Below, in pieces: positions 7,796 through 15,875 of a stretch of DNA of 29,062 bases. This stretch comes from a virus (lineage: Duplodnaviria > Caudoviricetes), in IMG/VR virus record IMGVR_UViG_3300010964_000009, positions 1 to 29,062 of that record. One strand, given 5' to 3'. Below the pieces are notes generated by a model. It was not told where the DNA came from, did no database searches, and was given only the letters and a program-made list of their open reading frames with translations. Each line of letters starts with the position of its first letter. Positions within the stretch are counted from its first letter, which is position 1. A program made the translations under genes and the position numbers.

Positions 7796-8353
7796 ATGTA
7801 CATAGCTATAATTGATGATCAGACATACCTATCTATTCTCCAGCAGACACATTCTCAAGAGTTATTTGATTTAATTGATGGTAGTCGTGATTCTTTAAAA
7901 AGTTGGCTTGAGTTTCCTGATAAAACAATTACAGTTGATGATACAGAGGCCTTTATTCATCGATCTTTAAGTAGATTTGCAAATAATAATGGATACTGGG
8001 CGGGTATCTGGCATAAAGGAGAAATCGTAGGATCAATAGGATATTTATGGATTGATTCGGATTCTAAAAGAACTGAAATAGGTTATTGGTTAGGGTCCAA
8101 ATTTGAAGGTAAAGGTATTATGACTAAGGCCTGTAATACCTTCATAACGCATGCTTTTAATGATTTACATTTAACTAAGGTTGAGATTGGAGCAGCAACT
8201 AATAACATCAAAAGTAGGGCGATACCAGAACGTCTAGGATTTACTCAGGAAGGGGTAATTCGAAACTACGAGTTGCTGCACAATCAATACCTTGACCGAG
8301 TTATATACGGTCTTATTAAAGAGGAATGGCTAGCGCGAAATTCGCTAACCTAA
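7796..8353 (+). CDS. GNAT acetyltransferase, RimJ/RimL family (cassette gene)
   Basis: EIGYWL...GKGIMT...NIKSRAIPERLGFTQEG motifs; stop TAA inside the boundary motif. Confidence 0.92.
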   Translation: MYIAIIDDQTYLSILQQTHSQELFDLIDGSRDSLKSWLEFPDKTITVDDTEAFIHRSLSRFANNNGYWAGIWHKGEIVGSIGYLWIDSDSKRTEIGYWLGSKFEGKGIMTKACNTFITHAFNDLHLTKVEIGAATNNIKSRAIPERLGFTQEGVIRNYELLHNQYLDRVIYGLIKEEWLARNSLT

Positions 8354-8396
8354 CGGGACACGATAGCTTAATAGAGATCAGGAGAAGGCTGTCGAT
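8345..8396 (+). repeat. A dyad with half a hairpin (truncated junction)
   Basis: CTAACCTAAC-GGGACAC-GATAGCTTAA, then AGGCTGTCGAT identical to 13833-13843; no 3' arm or B dyad. Confidence 0.75.
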
Positions 8397-8431
8397 GGAA
8401 TACTGTGTTTTTAAAAGGAGATGAGGTGGTT

Positions 8432-8749
8432 ATGCAAGGCTTAAAAAAAGATGTTGTTATATTACTTGAATCAATTGTTTTTTTGGCTATTGGCTTGTTA
8501 CTTACTGTAAATGTAGCAAGTAAAATTTATGAGAGTTTTGGAATTGAATTTATAGGTAATGTTTGGGTTAATTGGTTCGGAGTTTCTTACTTTCTTTTTG
8601 TATTATACACGGTTATTACTGGACTATTTATTATGAAGAATACTATCTACTTTAAGCAACGTCTGAAATCAAAATTTTTTTGGTTTCTTTTTATTGGTTC
8701 AATTTACATAATCTCTATTCCATTTGTAAAAGGAGAAAACCCATTCTAA
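8432..8749 (+). CDS. Small membrane protein, about 3 TM (cassette gene)
   Basis: GAGGTG RBS before ATG 8432; three hydrophobic segments; AT-rich. Confidence 0.8.
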   Translation: MQGLKKDVVILLESIVFLAIGLLLTVNVASKIYESFGIEFIGNVWVNWFGVSYFLFVLYTVITGLFIMKNTIYFKQRLKSKFFWFLFIGSIYIISIPFVKGENPF

Positions 8750-8819
8750 TTGAACTAACGGACACGATAGTTAAAAACCGGCGGTAGTCTAGGGCAATTT
8801 TTGTCCATGATTGCCGCCG
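8750..8819 (+). repeat. A dyad plus long hairpin closing array 1
   Basis: TTGAACTAAC-GGACAC-GATAGTTAAA right after the stop; stem CGGCGGTAGTC/GATTGCCGCCG (8779-8789/8809-8819). Confidence 0.75.
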
Positions 8820-8887
8820 TTTCTATTATTAGGCTCAGTCTATTATTTATTTAACGAATTTTGGCGCCATTACAATTCAGAATCTGC

Positions 8888-8917
8888 AAGGAGTCATCTA
8901 ATAATAGCTTCTTTTTT
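8888..8917 (+). terminator. Possible weak intrinsic terminator after array 1
   Basis: AAGGAGT...GCTTCTT imperfect stem followed by a T run. Confidence 0.3.
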
Positions 8918-8941
8918 ATTGAAAGGAGGTGAGAACAGAAT

Positions 8942-10168
8942 ATGAGCTATAAACTGAAAGATGCTAAAATCACGCATATCTCTCTGGTAGACAAGGGAGC
9001 CAACGGCGTGCCGTTTGCTATCATCAAGGCTGCCGGGAAGAACGCCATCCAGAAGCAGGTGCAAATCGCCAAGATTGACGATGATAAGCGGATTGTAAAG
9101 GGCGTGGTGTATCAGCCCGATGTGGCAGACGCACATGACGATCAAATGGATGAAGTCGAGATCGAGAAGGCAGCCCACCTCTTCATGGAGAAGCAGCACA
9201 CCTATAACATCGACAAGCAGCATGATCTCGAAGTCGATAAGGGTTTTGTCATTGAGTCGTACATTGCTCCTTGCGACATGACGCTTGGTGAGCAGCAGAT
9301 CTCGAAGGGCTCCTGGGTGGCAGCTGTGAAAGTCACTGACGACGACACTTGGGAAGACATCAAGAAAGGTGAGATAACCGGATTTTCAATGTGGGGTGTT
9401 GGGAAGCGGGAAGAGATCGAGGAGGAAGAGGAGGTATCCAAGGGAATCTTGAGCCGAATAGCCAAGGCGCTGGGCCTGATTGAGAAAGGCGCGGTCGCAG
9501 ATAAATATCATAAGAACCGGAAGAACCGAGAATTTTGGGCGGCACAGGATGCCCTCAACTCGGTTCTTTTTAATTGGGACACTTGGCAAAGTGGTCTGGA
9601 AACCGATCCGGAGACCATCCGGGAGGCCCTGCAGGACTTTGTTGATATTGCTGAGGATGTGCTGACCAAGGAAGATATCGTCAAAGCCATCGGTACACCC
9701 CCAGAGAAAATTGCCAAAGCTGGGAAGAAGATTTCCGCAGGTAACCTGAAACACGTCGACGATGCTATTGCAGCATTGACCGAGCTTAAAAATAAAACGG
9801 CTCCTGTAGAACAAGAGCTCGAGGAGGATAACGATTTGAAAGCTGAAGATATTGCCAAGGCTGTAACGGCCGCACTGGCCCCGATCGCAAAGCAGGTGGA
9901 AGGCCTGACGTCTGAGATTGCGGAGCTTAAGAAAGAAGAAGGTGTTGAAAGTGGCCAACCTGCAGGTAGTGCTGCTCCAGCTACTACCGTAGAAGAGAAT
10001 GCAGTTACAGAAGCCATAGCAAAAGCTCTGGCACCACTAAGTGAGCAGATGCAGACGCTGGCAGCCGATGTGCAATTGGTAAAGAATAGCCGTGGTGCTT
10101 CCGCGCAAGGTGATGAAGAAGAAATCAGCAAATCAGAAGGCGCCGTTAGTTTCGGACGCTTCCTGTAA
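8942..10168 (+). CDS. XkdF-like putative prohead protease with C-terminal scaffold region
   Basis: ITHISLVDKGAN, KRIVKGVVYQP, IDKQHD, IKKGEITGFSMWG motifs; precedes capsid. Confidence 0.88.
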   Translation: MSYKLKDAKITHISLVDKGANGVPFAIIKAAGKNAIQKQVQIAKIDDDKRIVKGVVYQPDVADAHDDQMDEVEIEKAAHLFMEKQHTYNIDKQHDLEVDKGFVIESYIAPCDMTLGEQQISKGSWVAAVKVTDDDTWEDIKKGEITGFSMWGVGKREEIEEEEEVSKGILSRIAKALGLIEKGAVADKYHKNRKNREFWAAQDALNSVLFNWDTWQSGLETDPETIREALQDFVDIAEDVLTKEDIVKAIGTPPEKIAKAGKKISAGNLKHVDDAIAALTELKNKTAPVEQELEEDNDLKAEDIAKAVTAALAPIAKQVEGLTSEIAELKKEEGVESGQPAGSAAPATTVEENAVTEAIAKALAPLSEQMQTLAADVQLVKNSRGASAQGDEEEISKSEGAVSFGRFL

Positions 10169-10189
10169 TTCGAAGGAGGAATGCAAATC

Positions 10190-11137
10190 ATGAGAACAAA
10201 CGGTAACATCGCTAGTACGAGCATTCGTAAATCAACTATCGTCACATCAATGGATCAAAACGCTCTGAATTATGAGGAAGTCGAGGCCTTTACGGATATG
10301 GCGTACGAAGCAAATGGCTTCCTAAAAGGGATTCGTCATGAGAACCGGAAGAGTTCAAAAGGGACAATTGATAAAGTAGGTGTACGGGGCCGGAACATGC
10401 GCAGTAAAAAAGAGAATATTATGGCTTCCAACACGCCTGGTTTGACCTTTCCACAGATCCCTTATTCAGTGGAGCCGGTAATTGTTCCATTTGATATTAC
10501 CGAGGAATTTATTCGCCAAACTCAGCGGGTGCGTGGACAAAACGCAGAGGATATTATCATGCGGGCTATGGCTAACAACTATGGTGAGAATATGCAAGAC
10601 ATCGGTTTTAATGGTGATACGGCAACTTCGAACACGGATCCGGATTATGAGTTTTTGAGCATAAATGACGGTTGGTTGAAGAAGGCACGTACCACCGGTC
10701 ATTACTTAGATTGGAAGACACTTTCGGCTAAAGAGAAAACAGGGATTTTGTTTGAGGTCGAACGTGCGATACCAACCCGTTATCGTGCTGGTGGGGTATT
10801 TAAATACTTTATGCATCCAAATACTTTCAGCGAGCGACTACAAATGTTGGCTGAGAAGGACACCAGCGCATCTATTCAATTGCAGATCTTGGGGGGCACG
10901 AAGAAAGTCAATGCTTATGATGTAGAAGAGGTCTGGAGTATGCCAGAGGGAGCGATCCTCTTTACGTATCAGCCGAACTTTGCAATGGTCCACACCTACG
11001 ATATGCAGATTCGGAAGACGACTGAGGGCAAGGAGGCAATCTGGACTGATAAGCGTTTCTATGCGATTCATTCCGATTTTGACGCCATTTTTGAAGAACC
11101 TCAGGCACTGGCTTATGTGGAAGGGGTGGAATTCTAA
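10190..11137 (+). CDS. Major capsid protein (XkdG-like)
   Basis: About 315 aa after the protease; GFNGD...FLSINDGWLK motif; AAGGAGG spacing favours ATG 10190 over 10181. Confidence 0.88.
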   Translation: MRTNGNIASTSIRKSTIVTSMDQNALNYEEVEAFTDMAYEANGFLKGIRHENRKSSKGTIDKVGVRGRNMRSKKENIMASNTPGLTFPQIPYSVEPVIVPFDITEEFIRQTQRVRGQNAEDIIMRAMANNYGENMQDIGFNGDTATSNTDPDYEFLSINDGWLKKARTTGHYLDWKTLSAKEKTGILFEVERAIPTRYRAGGVFKYFMHPNTFSERLQMLAEKDTSASIQLQILGGTKKVNAYDVEEVWSMPEGAILFTYQPNFAMVHTYDMQIRKTTEGKEAIWTDKRFYAIHSDFDAIFEEPQALAYVEGVEF

Positions 11138-11442
11138 TGCCATACGTAACCTATCGAGGCAAGAACGCCTCACTTCGGCTGTATAGTATTCGTTTTGAGC
11201 CAGCTAATCCGGTACTGGTGGAAGATTCGGTTGTGCTGGAAAAACTGCATGAGCATCCTGATTTTGAAGTGAATGCAGAGAAGGTCATTCCGCTGGAAGA
11301 TCTGACAGTTGTCCAACTAAAGGACAAAGCGAAGAAAGCAGGCATTGAAGGCTTTGCGGATATGAATAAGCCGAAGTTGATCACTGCACTGAAGGTGCTG
11401 GAGGGCGGCGGTGTGCCGGATGCTAACAACGACACTCCTTAA
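11137..11442 (+). CDS. Small head-associated protein with Rho N-terminal-like helical motif
   Basis: LEDLTVVQLKDKAKKAGIEGFADMNKPKLITAL; follows capsid. Confidence 0.7.
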   Translation: MPYVTYRGKNASLRLYSIRFEPANPVLVEDSVVLEKLHEHPDFEVNAEKVIPLEDLTVVQLKDKAKKAGIEGFADMNKPKLITALKVLEGGGVPDANNDTP

Positions 11443-11806
11443 GAACCGCAGCCGTGTCAGTGCTGTACAAGAGGCGACAGAGGATTTGCTTAATCAGTAC
11501 ATTGATGACGCACAGACCCGGATTGAGTTGTATTTGCCTGTTTCTTTTCCGGAGGAGGCAGATAAGCAGCTCATGCTGGCCTGGGTGAAGCTGGCGGAGT
11601 CACTGGCTCTGCAGGATAGTGAGGAATACCTGGCTTCCGTCGCCCGCGGCTACTCAGCGGAAAGTGACGGCGCTTGGACATATACCCGACAGGCAGTTGA
11701 AGGGAAGACTACAGGCAATGCTGATGTGGACTCTATCCTCTTCCTGTGGGTCAAGAAGCAGCAGTCCGGGCCGAATGATGGGAACATCACGGCCTATTTG
11801 CTATGA
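11420..11806 (+). CDS. Putative head-tail connector (adaptor)
   Basis: Position and size; AESDGAWTYT motif like gp6/gp15-type adaptors. Confidence 0.65.
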   Translation: MLTTTLLKNRSRVSAVQEATEDLLNQYIDDAQTRIELYLPVSFPEEADKQLMLAWVKLAESLALQDSEEYLASVARGYSAESDGAWTYTRQAVEGKTTGNADVDSILFLWVKKQQSGPNDGNITAYLL

Positions 11807-12129
11807 ATCACCGCATGAATACCCCGTTGGCAGTCTACCGGGTCGGCCGCCAGCAGGATGCGGACAATCTATTCAGCGATCGGAAGGCAGGAAAGATCGC
11901 AGATTTGAAATGTTTCGTTGTTAAGACGCAGACTGATGCTAAGGCAGAATCCACTCCTGTCATATACATTGTAAAAAAGACAATTGGGGTTCCGAAGACA
12001 GCAGACGTCCGAATTAGTGACGAGGTGTTGCTGTTCGGACGTAAATATCTGGTGATTGACTCTAACCCTCGCCGTTACTGGCGTGAGTTATTGGTGACTT
12101 GCGAGGTGAAGGGCAGTGAACATGCATGA
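11803..12129 (+). CDS. Putative head closure / head-tail joining protein
   Basis: 108 aa, overlapping start and stop, neck-module position. Confidence 0.6.
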   Translation: MNHRMNTPLAVYRVGRQQDADNLFSDRKAGKIADLKCFVVKTQTDAKAESTPVIYIVKKTIGVPKTADVRISDEVLLFGRKYLVIDSNPRRYWRELLVTCEVKGSEHA

Positions 12130-12610
12130 TTTTGATGGTTTGGCCAAGAAATTCAAGAAGCTGAGCGACGAAGGGGTTAGTCAGATCCTTAAGAACATTG
12201 CTGAAGCTGTGGGCGAAACACTTTTGAACCTGGTCATCGATGAAATTGATAAACAGGATCTGATTGACACTGGATTGATGTGGAACTCCTTTACTCGTGG
12301 GGAGGACAATAACATTTGGGAATGGGATGTAGACCGTAACTCTATTTCTATCGAAGTGGGTTCAAACCTTACTTACGCACGCTATCTCAATGATGGCTAC
12401 ACCATCCATAAGGCGCACTTTGTCCCCGGCTATTGGGCAACAAATGGAACATTTGTCTATGATCCCAGGGCAAAGGGTGGATTTATGGCTAAGCCACGAT
12501 CGTTCATTGGTCGACATTACTTTGATATTGCTGTTCAACAGCTGGAAGGTGGCATGAATGCATTAATTATGAAGCGTCTGGAGAAGGAGCTGGGGAGGAT
12601 GCTATCATGA
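12116..12610 (+). CDS. HK97 gp10-like neck protein
   Basis: IDTGLMWNS, EVGSNLTYARYLNDG, FIGRHYF motifs. Confidence 0.8.
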   Translation: MNMHDFDGLAKKFKKLSDEGVSQILKNIAEAVGETLLNLVIDEIDKQDLIDTGLMWNSFTRGEDNNIWEWDVDRNSISIEVGSNLTYARYLNDGYTIHKAHFVPGYWATNGTFVYDPRAKGGFMAKPRSFIGRHYFDIAVQQLEGGMNALIMKRLEKELGRMLS

Positions 12611-13095
12611 TGGATGTGGGATTGAAAGCCTGGGCAGAACTCGTGCAGCGGATATACCCGGATCTACCGATTCTTCGAGATCGTTCCCTTTGGCTGGCAG
12701 GGCAGTTTGATCGTCCGAGCGTGTTCATTGAGACGGATCTTGTCTCTGACAAGGCTCATACGCCGCGGGCAGACCGGATCATCGAGGATGTGGGTTTGGT
12801 TTTTCATTACGACATCGACCGTAGTGTGGTAGAGGAGGCCGGGGAACCGTTCCCTTTGGACTTATCTCCGTTCTTCCTGTACCTTCGCCAGCGGCGGTTC
12901 TGCGTGGTTTCGCAGCGCTTTGGAATCATGATGGTTATTGAAGCCCCGCGTACTCGGCCAATGAATGACCGGATGGAAGTTACGTTTCGGTATTCATACC
13001 TGTTGCATGTTCCGAAACTTGTGATCAAAGATAACGGGCAGCACGTTCAGAAGATTAATGAATTTTTTATTGAGCCAGGTTGTTTTAAAGTTTGA
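12607..13095 (+). CDS. Putative tail terminator/completion protein
   Basis: Last neck gene; FDRPSVFIE motif; C-terminus abuts array 2. Confidence 0.55.
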   Translation: MMDVGLKAWAELVQRIYPDLPILRDRSLWLAGQFDRPSVFIETDLVSDKAHTPRADRIIEDVGLVFHYDIDRSVVEEAGEPFPLDLSPFFLYLRQRRFCVVSQRFGIMMVIEAPRTRPMNDRMEVTFRYSYLLHVPKLVIKDNGQHVQKINEFFIEPGCFKV

Positions 13096-13103
13096 TTCTG
13101 TTG

Positions 13104-13125
13104 TTAAGCTAACGGGCAGGATAAT
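13104..13125 (+). repeat. Cassette-boundary dyad, B type (opens array 2)
   Basis: TTAAGCTAAC-GGGCAG-GATAAT. Confidence 0.8.
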
Positions 13126-13178
13126 TCTAGTAGATATCGAATTTACCTTTGTTAACAATGTTTAATAGGGGGCAGGCT

Positions 13179-13771
13179 ATGCAAGGAAGAGAATTGTATG
13201 TTTATCACATTGTAACTAGGAAGAAGATGGCCTAGGTCAAACAATTAGCTTTGACAAAAACCAAAAAAATACCTTGTATCACTTCTTTTTTGAGAAGGAA
13301 CAGCTGAATTCCAAAAGTGAAGACTTTGTTCAAATCTTACACGGTCATTATACAAATGAAGGCTTGAAGTTTGATAAAGAGAATGCAGATGTAGCTTTTA
13401 AATATGTGGAGCAAACTATCAGAGCTATTAGAGAAGTAATAGTTGAAATGGTTAGACTGCAAGAATATCCTGAATATCCTTCACGATTGTCTTGCTTATA
13501 CGCTGCGAAAAGCTATCAAGACGCTCTGAAATGGAAAGAACTTTTTGATTCTTACCATCGAAGGGTTTTGCAGATAGTGAAACTTCGGGTTATTGGGGCT
13601 ATCTTTGAAGGTGACGGCAGTCTTTTACCAAAGGAAGATGGAATTCCTTTCTCCCGAAAAATTGAACAAGCAAGAGAATATTGGAAAGGTAATATAAATA
13701 ACGAACTTCCTGAGCTGCTGATTAACGGAAAAATCGAAGTTGTAGAAATTATTGATGAATTTTCCGCATAA
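13179..13771 (+). pseudogene. DUF2441-like cassette gene with a 1-nt frameshift near codon 18
   Basis: RBS + ATG 13179 reads [18 protein letters not shown]-stop; the -1 frame continues [19 protein letters not shown] into ORF 13274-13771 ([20 protein letters not shown]...AREYW...PELLING); family recalled from motifs. Confidence 0.7.
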
Positions 13772-13797
13772 TTTCAACAAATGCGCCTGAAAAACCA

Positions 13798-13880
13798 TTG
13801 CGCTAAAGGGAAACGATAGCATCATGACGAACAGGCTGTCGATATTATTGGCTACCTGTTCAACTAACGAGCAGCTTAAC
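13798..13880 (+). repeat. Complete composite junction (A dyad + hairpin + B dyad), attC-like
   Basis: TTGCGCTAAA-GGGAAAC-GATAGC; hairpin GAACAGG...CCTGTTC 13829-13861; TTCAACTAAC-GAGCAG-CTTAAC. Confidence 0.75.
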
Positions 13881-13932
13881 AGAAATTTATATAAACTCAA
13901 GATGTATTGATAAGAAAGGAGTTGAAACGGAG

Positions 13933-14205
13933 ATGAATATGAGAAAGAGTATTAATACCTATTCCATTTTTTTCTCGATGTTATGTTGGGTTGGTTTCTA
14001 TCTGTCAGGATTCACCTCTGTATTGCCTGTTAATAGTCATTTAATAATACTTTGGCTAGCTATATTTTCCTTATTAATGAGTGTCTTTGGACTTGGTGGT
14101 ATTAATAATTGGAAAACAGTTTCAAGCTCGCTAGTCTCAATTCTCTTAAGTGGATTATTGGTAATTGTTGAATTACTACTTTTTGTATTTTCTGAGTATT
14201 TATGA
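13933..14205 (+). CDS. Small 3-TM membrane protein (cassette gene)
   Basis: 90 aa, almost all hydrophobic, AAAGGAG RBS, AT-rich. Confidence 0.8.
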   Translation: MNMRKSINTYSIFFSMLCWVGFYLSGFTSVLPVNSHLIILWLAIFSLLMSVFGLGGINNWKTVSSSLVSILLSGLLVIVELLLFVFSEYL

Positions 14206-14228
14206 TTAAGCTAACGAAGAACAATAAT
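14206..14228 (+). repeat. Degenerate A dyad closing array 2
   Basis: TTAAGCTAAC-GAAGAAC-AATAAT directly after the TGA stop. Confidence 0.6.
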
Positions 14229-14236
14229 ACGGCATT

Positions 14237-14263
14237 AACCACCTAAGGAAAGGCGGTTTTTTT
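14237..14263 (+). terminator. Intrinsic terminator after array 2
   Basis: AACCACCT-aaggaa-AGGCGGTT stem (one mismatch) plus T run. Confidence 0.6.
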
Positions 14264-14293
14264 GGTCCGGAAAAAGGGAGGAATATTTAAAGC

Positions 14294-14539
14294 ATGAACC
14301 TAAAAAAACAGATTCGCCAGGGCGTTGATGTTGTTCTAGATGACCTGAACAAGCGAACAAAGCAGGAATGGATTGAGAGCGCAGTGGTTTTGAAGCGGGA
14401 ACGCTTTGAAATTGCTGGCGCTCTTTTTGATTGTAGAGATGATGCCCTGCTGTCACAGCTGGAAGTCATTCAGAAAGTAGACGCCTACTTGGGTCTGAAA
14501 ACAAAGGAGGAAACAGTGAATGTCAATACAACGGAATAG
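14294..14539 (+). CDS. Small pre-sheath protein (YkzM/YqzN-like)
   Basis: 81 aa overlapping the sheath start; FEIAGALF motif; PBSX-like synteny. Confidence 0.6.
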   Translation: MNLKKQIRQGVDVVLDDLNKRTKQEWIESAVVLKRERFEIAGALFDCRDDALLSQLEVIQKVDAYLGLKTKEETVNVNTTE

Positions 14540-15872
14540 ACCAGGGGCGTATGTGGAGCTGCAGGCGGTTGCGAAATCTCGTGTCTTATCGGTATCCGGC
14601 CGTGTGCTGGTGCCGTATCAAGCGGAGTGGGGATTGCCAAATAAAGCAGTGGATATGGCGGATCAGTCCGAGCGTTTCAAGGAATCTGGCCTACTTGTAG
14701 ATGAGTTGGAACTGGCTGCAGAGAATGGCGCTACGGTAGTTGGTTATAGAGTTACGAATGGAAATGAGGTAGCTGCCTCGGTTGCTGTAGCTAGTAGCTA
14801 CACTATAGAAGCTCGTTATCCAGGTACTCGTGGAAATGATTTTGAGTACCTAATTCGGGCAAGTCTGGTGGATGCAACAAAGAAAGAGATTGTCATTCGG
14901 GATACGAAAGGTATCTATGATACTGAGACGTTCTTGGTCGCTGATAAAACTGAAGCTATCAATGCTCTGAAAAAGTCCAACATGGTGCGTTTTAAGGACA
15001 CAGGTGCAACGACGCTGGCTGATGTTGCCTATACAAAGTTGGCCGGCGGAGTTACCGGTACTGCAGCGATTACGGCAGCCAATTGGAGCGGTATATTTAA
15101 TCGAATTGATGGCCTGGTATTTGATGTCGTGTACTTGCCTTCCTCTGAAGCTTCGGTTCAAGCAGCCGCGAAACAATGGTTGCTGGATCGCCGCACCAAG
15201 GCTCGCAAACTTGCACAGCTGGTCATTGCAGGGGCATTGGAAACTGATGATGACATTGAAGATCATAATACGCGCAGTCGCGCAGCCAATGCTCGGTTTA
15301 TCATCAATTGCTCTTTGGCTGGTGAACACACCAATGGTAAGACCTATGGTTCTCTTCACTGGGCAGCATGGGTGGCTGGACTTGCAGCTGGAACACCGGC
15401 GAATAAATCATTTACGGGTGTTAAGGTACCAATGACTGAAGCGCTAGTAGATTGGAGCCATAGTGAGGTTTTGAAGGGGTTGGCTGAGGGTACCCTGATG
15501 GCTACACGGGATGGTTACGACTATATTATTGAGTCCGCAGTGAACACATTGACCACGCTTGGTGCAGGGGAACGGGAGGACTTCGGCAAGATTCGAGTTT
15601 CCATGACGATTGACCAAATCCTGAATGACATCTACACTGCTGGCAAAGCAAACAAGGCTAAGCTGGATAATGACAAGGATGGTCGGGGTATGTTTATCGC
15701 AGCAGTCGTTAGTTATCTGAAGACTCGTGCTGGACAGAAGGCGATTGACTCAGAGTTTATATTTACTGAGCATCCAACGAAGAAAAGTGATATGGATTAT
15801 GCTTACTTCTCCCTATCTGCAAAACCGCTGGACGCGATTGAGATCTTTAATATTGATTGGGAGGTGGCGTAA
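14520..15872 (+). CDS. Contractile tail sheath protein (XkdK-like)
   Basis: RPGAYVE, EARYPGTRGN, AAWVAGLAAG, FGKIRV, PLDAIEIF motifs. Confidence 0.93.
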   Translation: MSIQRNRPGAYVELQAVAKSRVLSVSGRVLVPYQAEWGLPNKAVDMADQSERFKESGLLVDELELAAENGATVVGYRVTNGNEVAASVAVASSYTIEARYPGTRGNDFEYLIRASLVDATKKEIVIRDTKGIYDTETFLVADKTEAINALKKSNMVRFKDTGATTLADVAYTKLAGGVTGTAAITAANWSGIFNRIDGLVFDVVYLPSSEASVQAAAKQWLLDRRTKARKLAQLVIAGALETDDDIEDHNTRSRAANARFIINCSLAGEHTNGKTYGSLHWAAWVAGLAAGTPANKSFTGVKVPMTEALVDWSHSEVLKGLAEGTLMATRDGYDYIIESAVNTLTTLGAGEREDFGKIRVSMTIDQILNDIYTAGKANKAKLDNDKDGRGMFIAAVVSYLKTRAGQKAIDSEFIFTEHPTKKSDMDYAYFSLSAKPLDAIEIFNIDWEVA

Positions 15873-15875
15873 TCG

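Noticed and set aside
8841-8866. TATTTATTTAACGAATTTTGG as a B site after the last hairpin of array 1
   Set aside because: Only TAACG matches and the GGGCAG spacer is absent; too degenerate to count.
9386-10245. Long minus-strand ORFs (245 aa and 190 aa) opposite the protease gene
   Set aside because: Shadow frames of a well-supported plus-strand gene; no RBS or motifs. The same applies to other antisense ORFs over terL, sheath and TMP.
7621-13880. Calling the arrays a canonical integron
   Set aside because: No intI or other tyrosine recombinase in the window and the distal box is not GTTRRRY; reported only as integron-like.
7061-14228. Boundary repeats as a CRISPR array
   Set aside because: Copies are degenerate, of two alternating types and separated by whole genes rather than 30-40 nt spacers; no cas genes.
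7061-14228. Boundary repeats as chromosomal dif/pdif (XerCD) sites
   Set aside because: Dyad geometry is similar, but the arms lack the TTATGTAAA/TTATGTTAA XerD-type arm, and all copies are in direct orientation rather than alternating.
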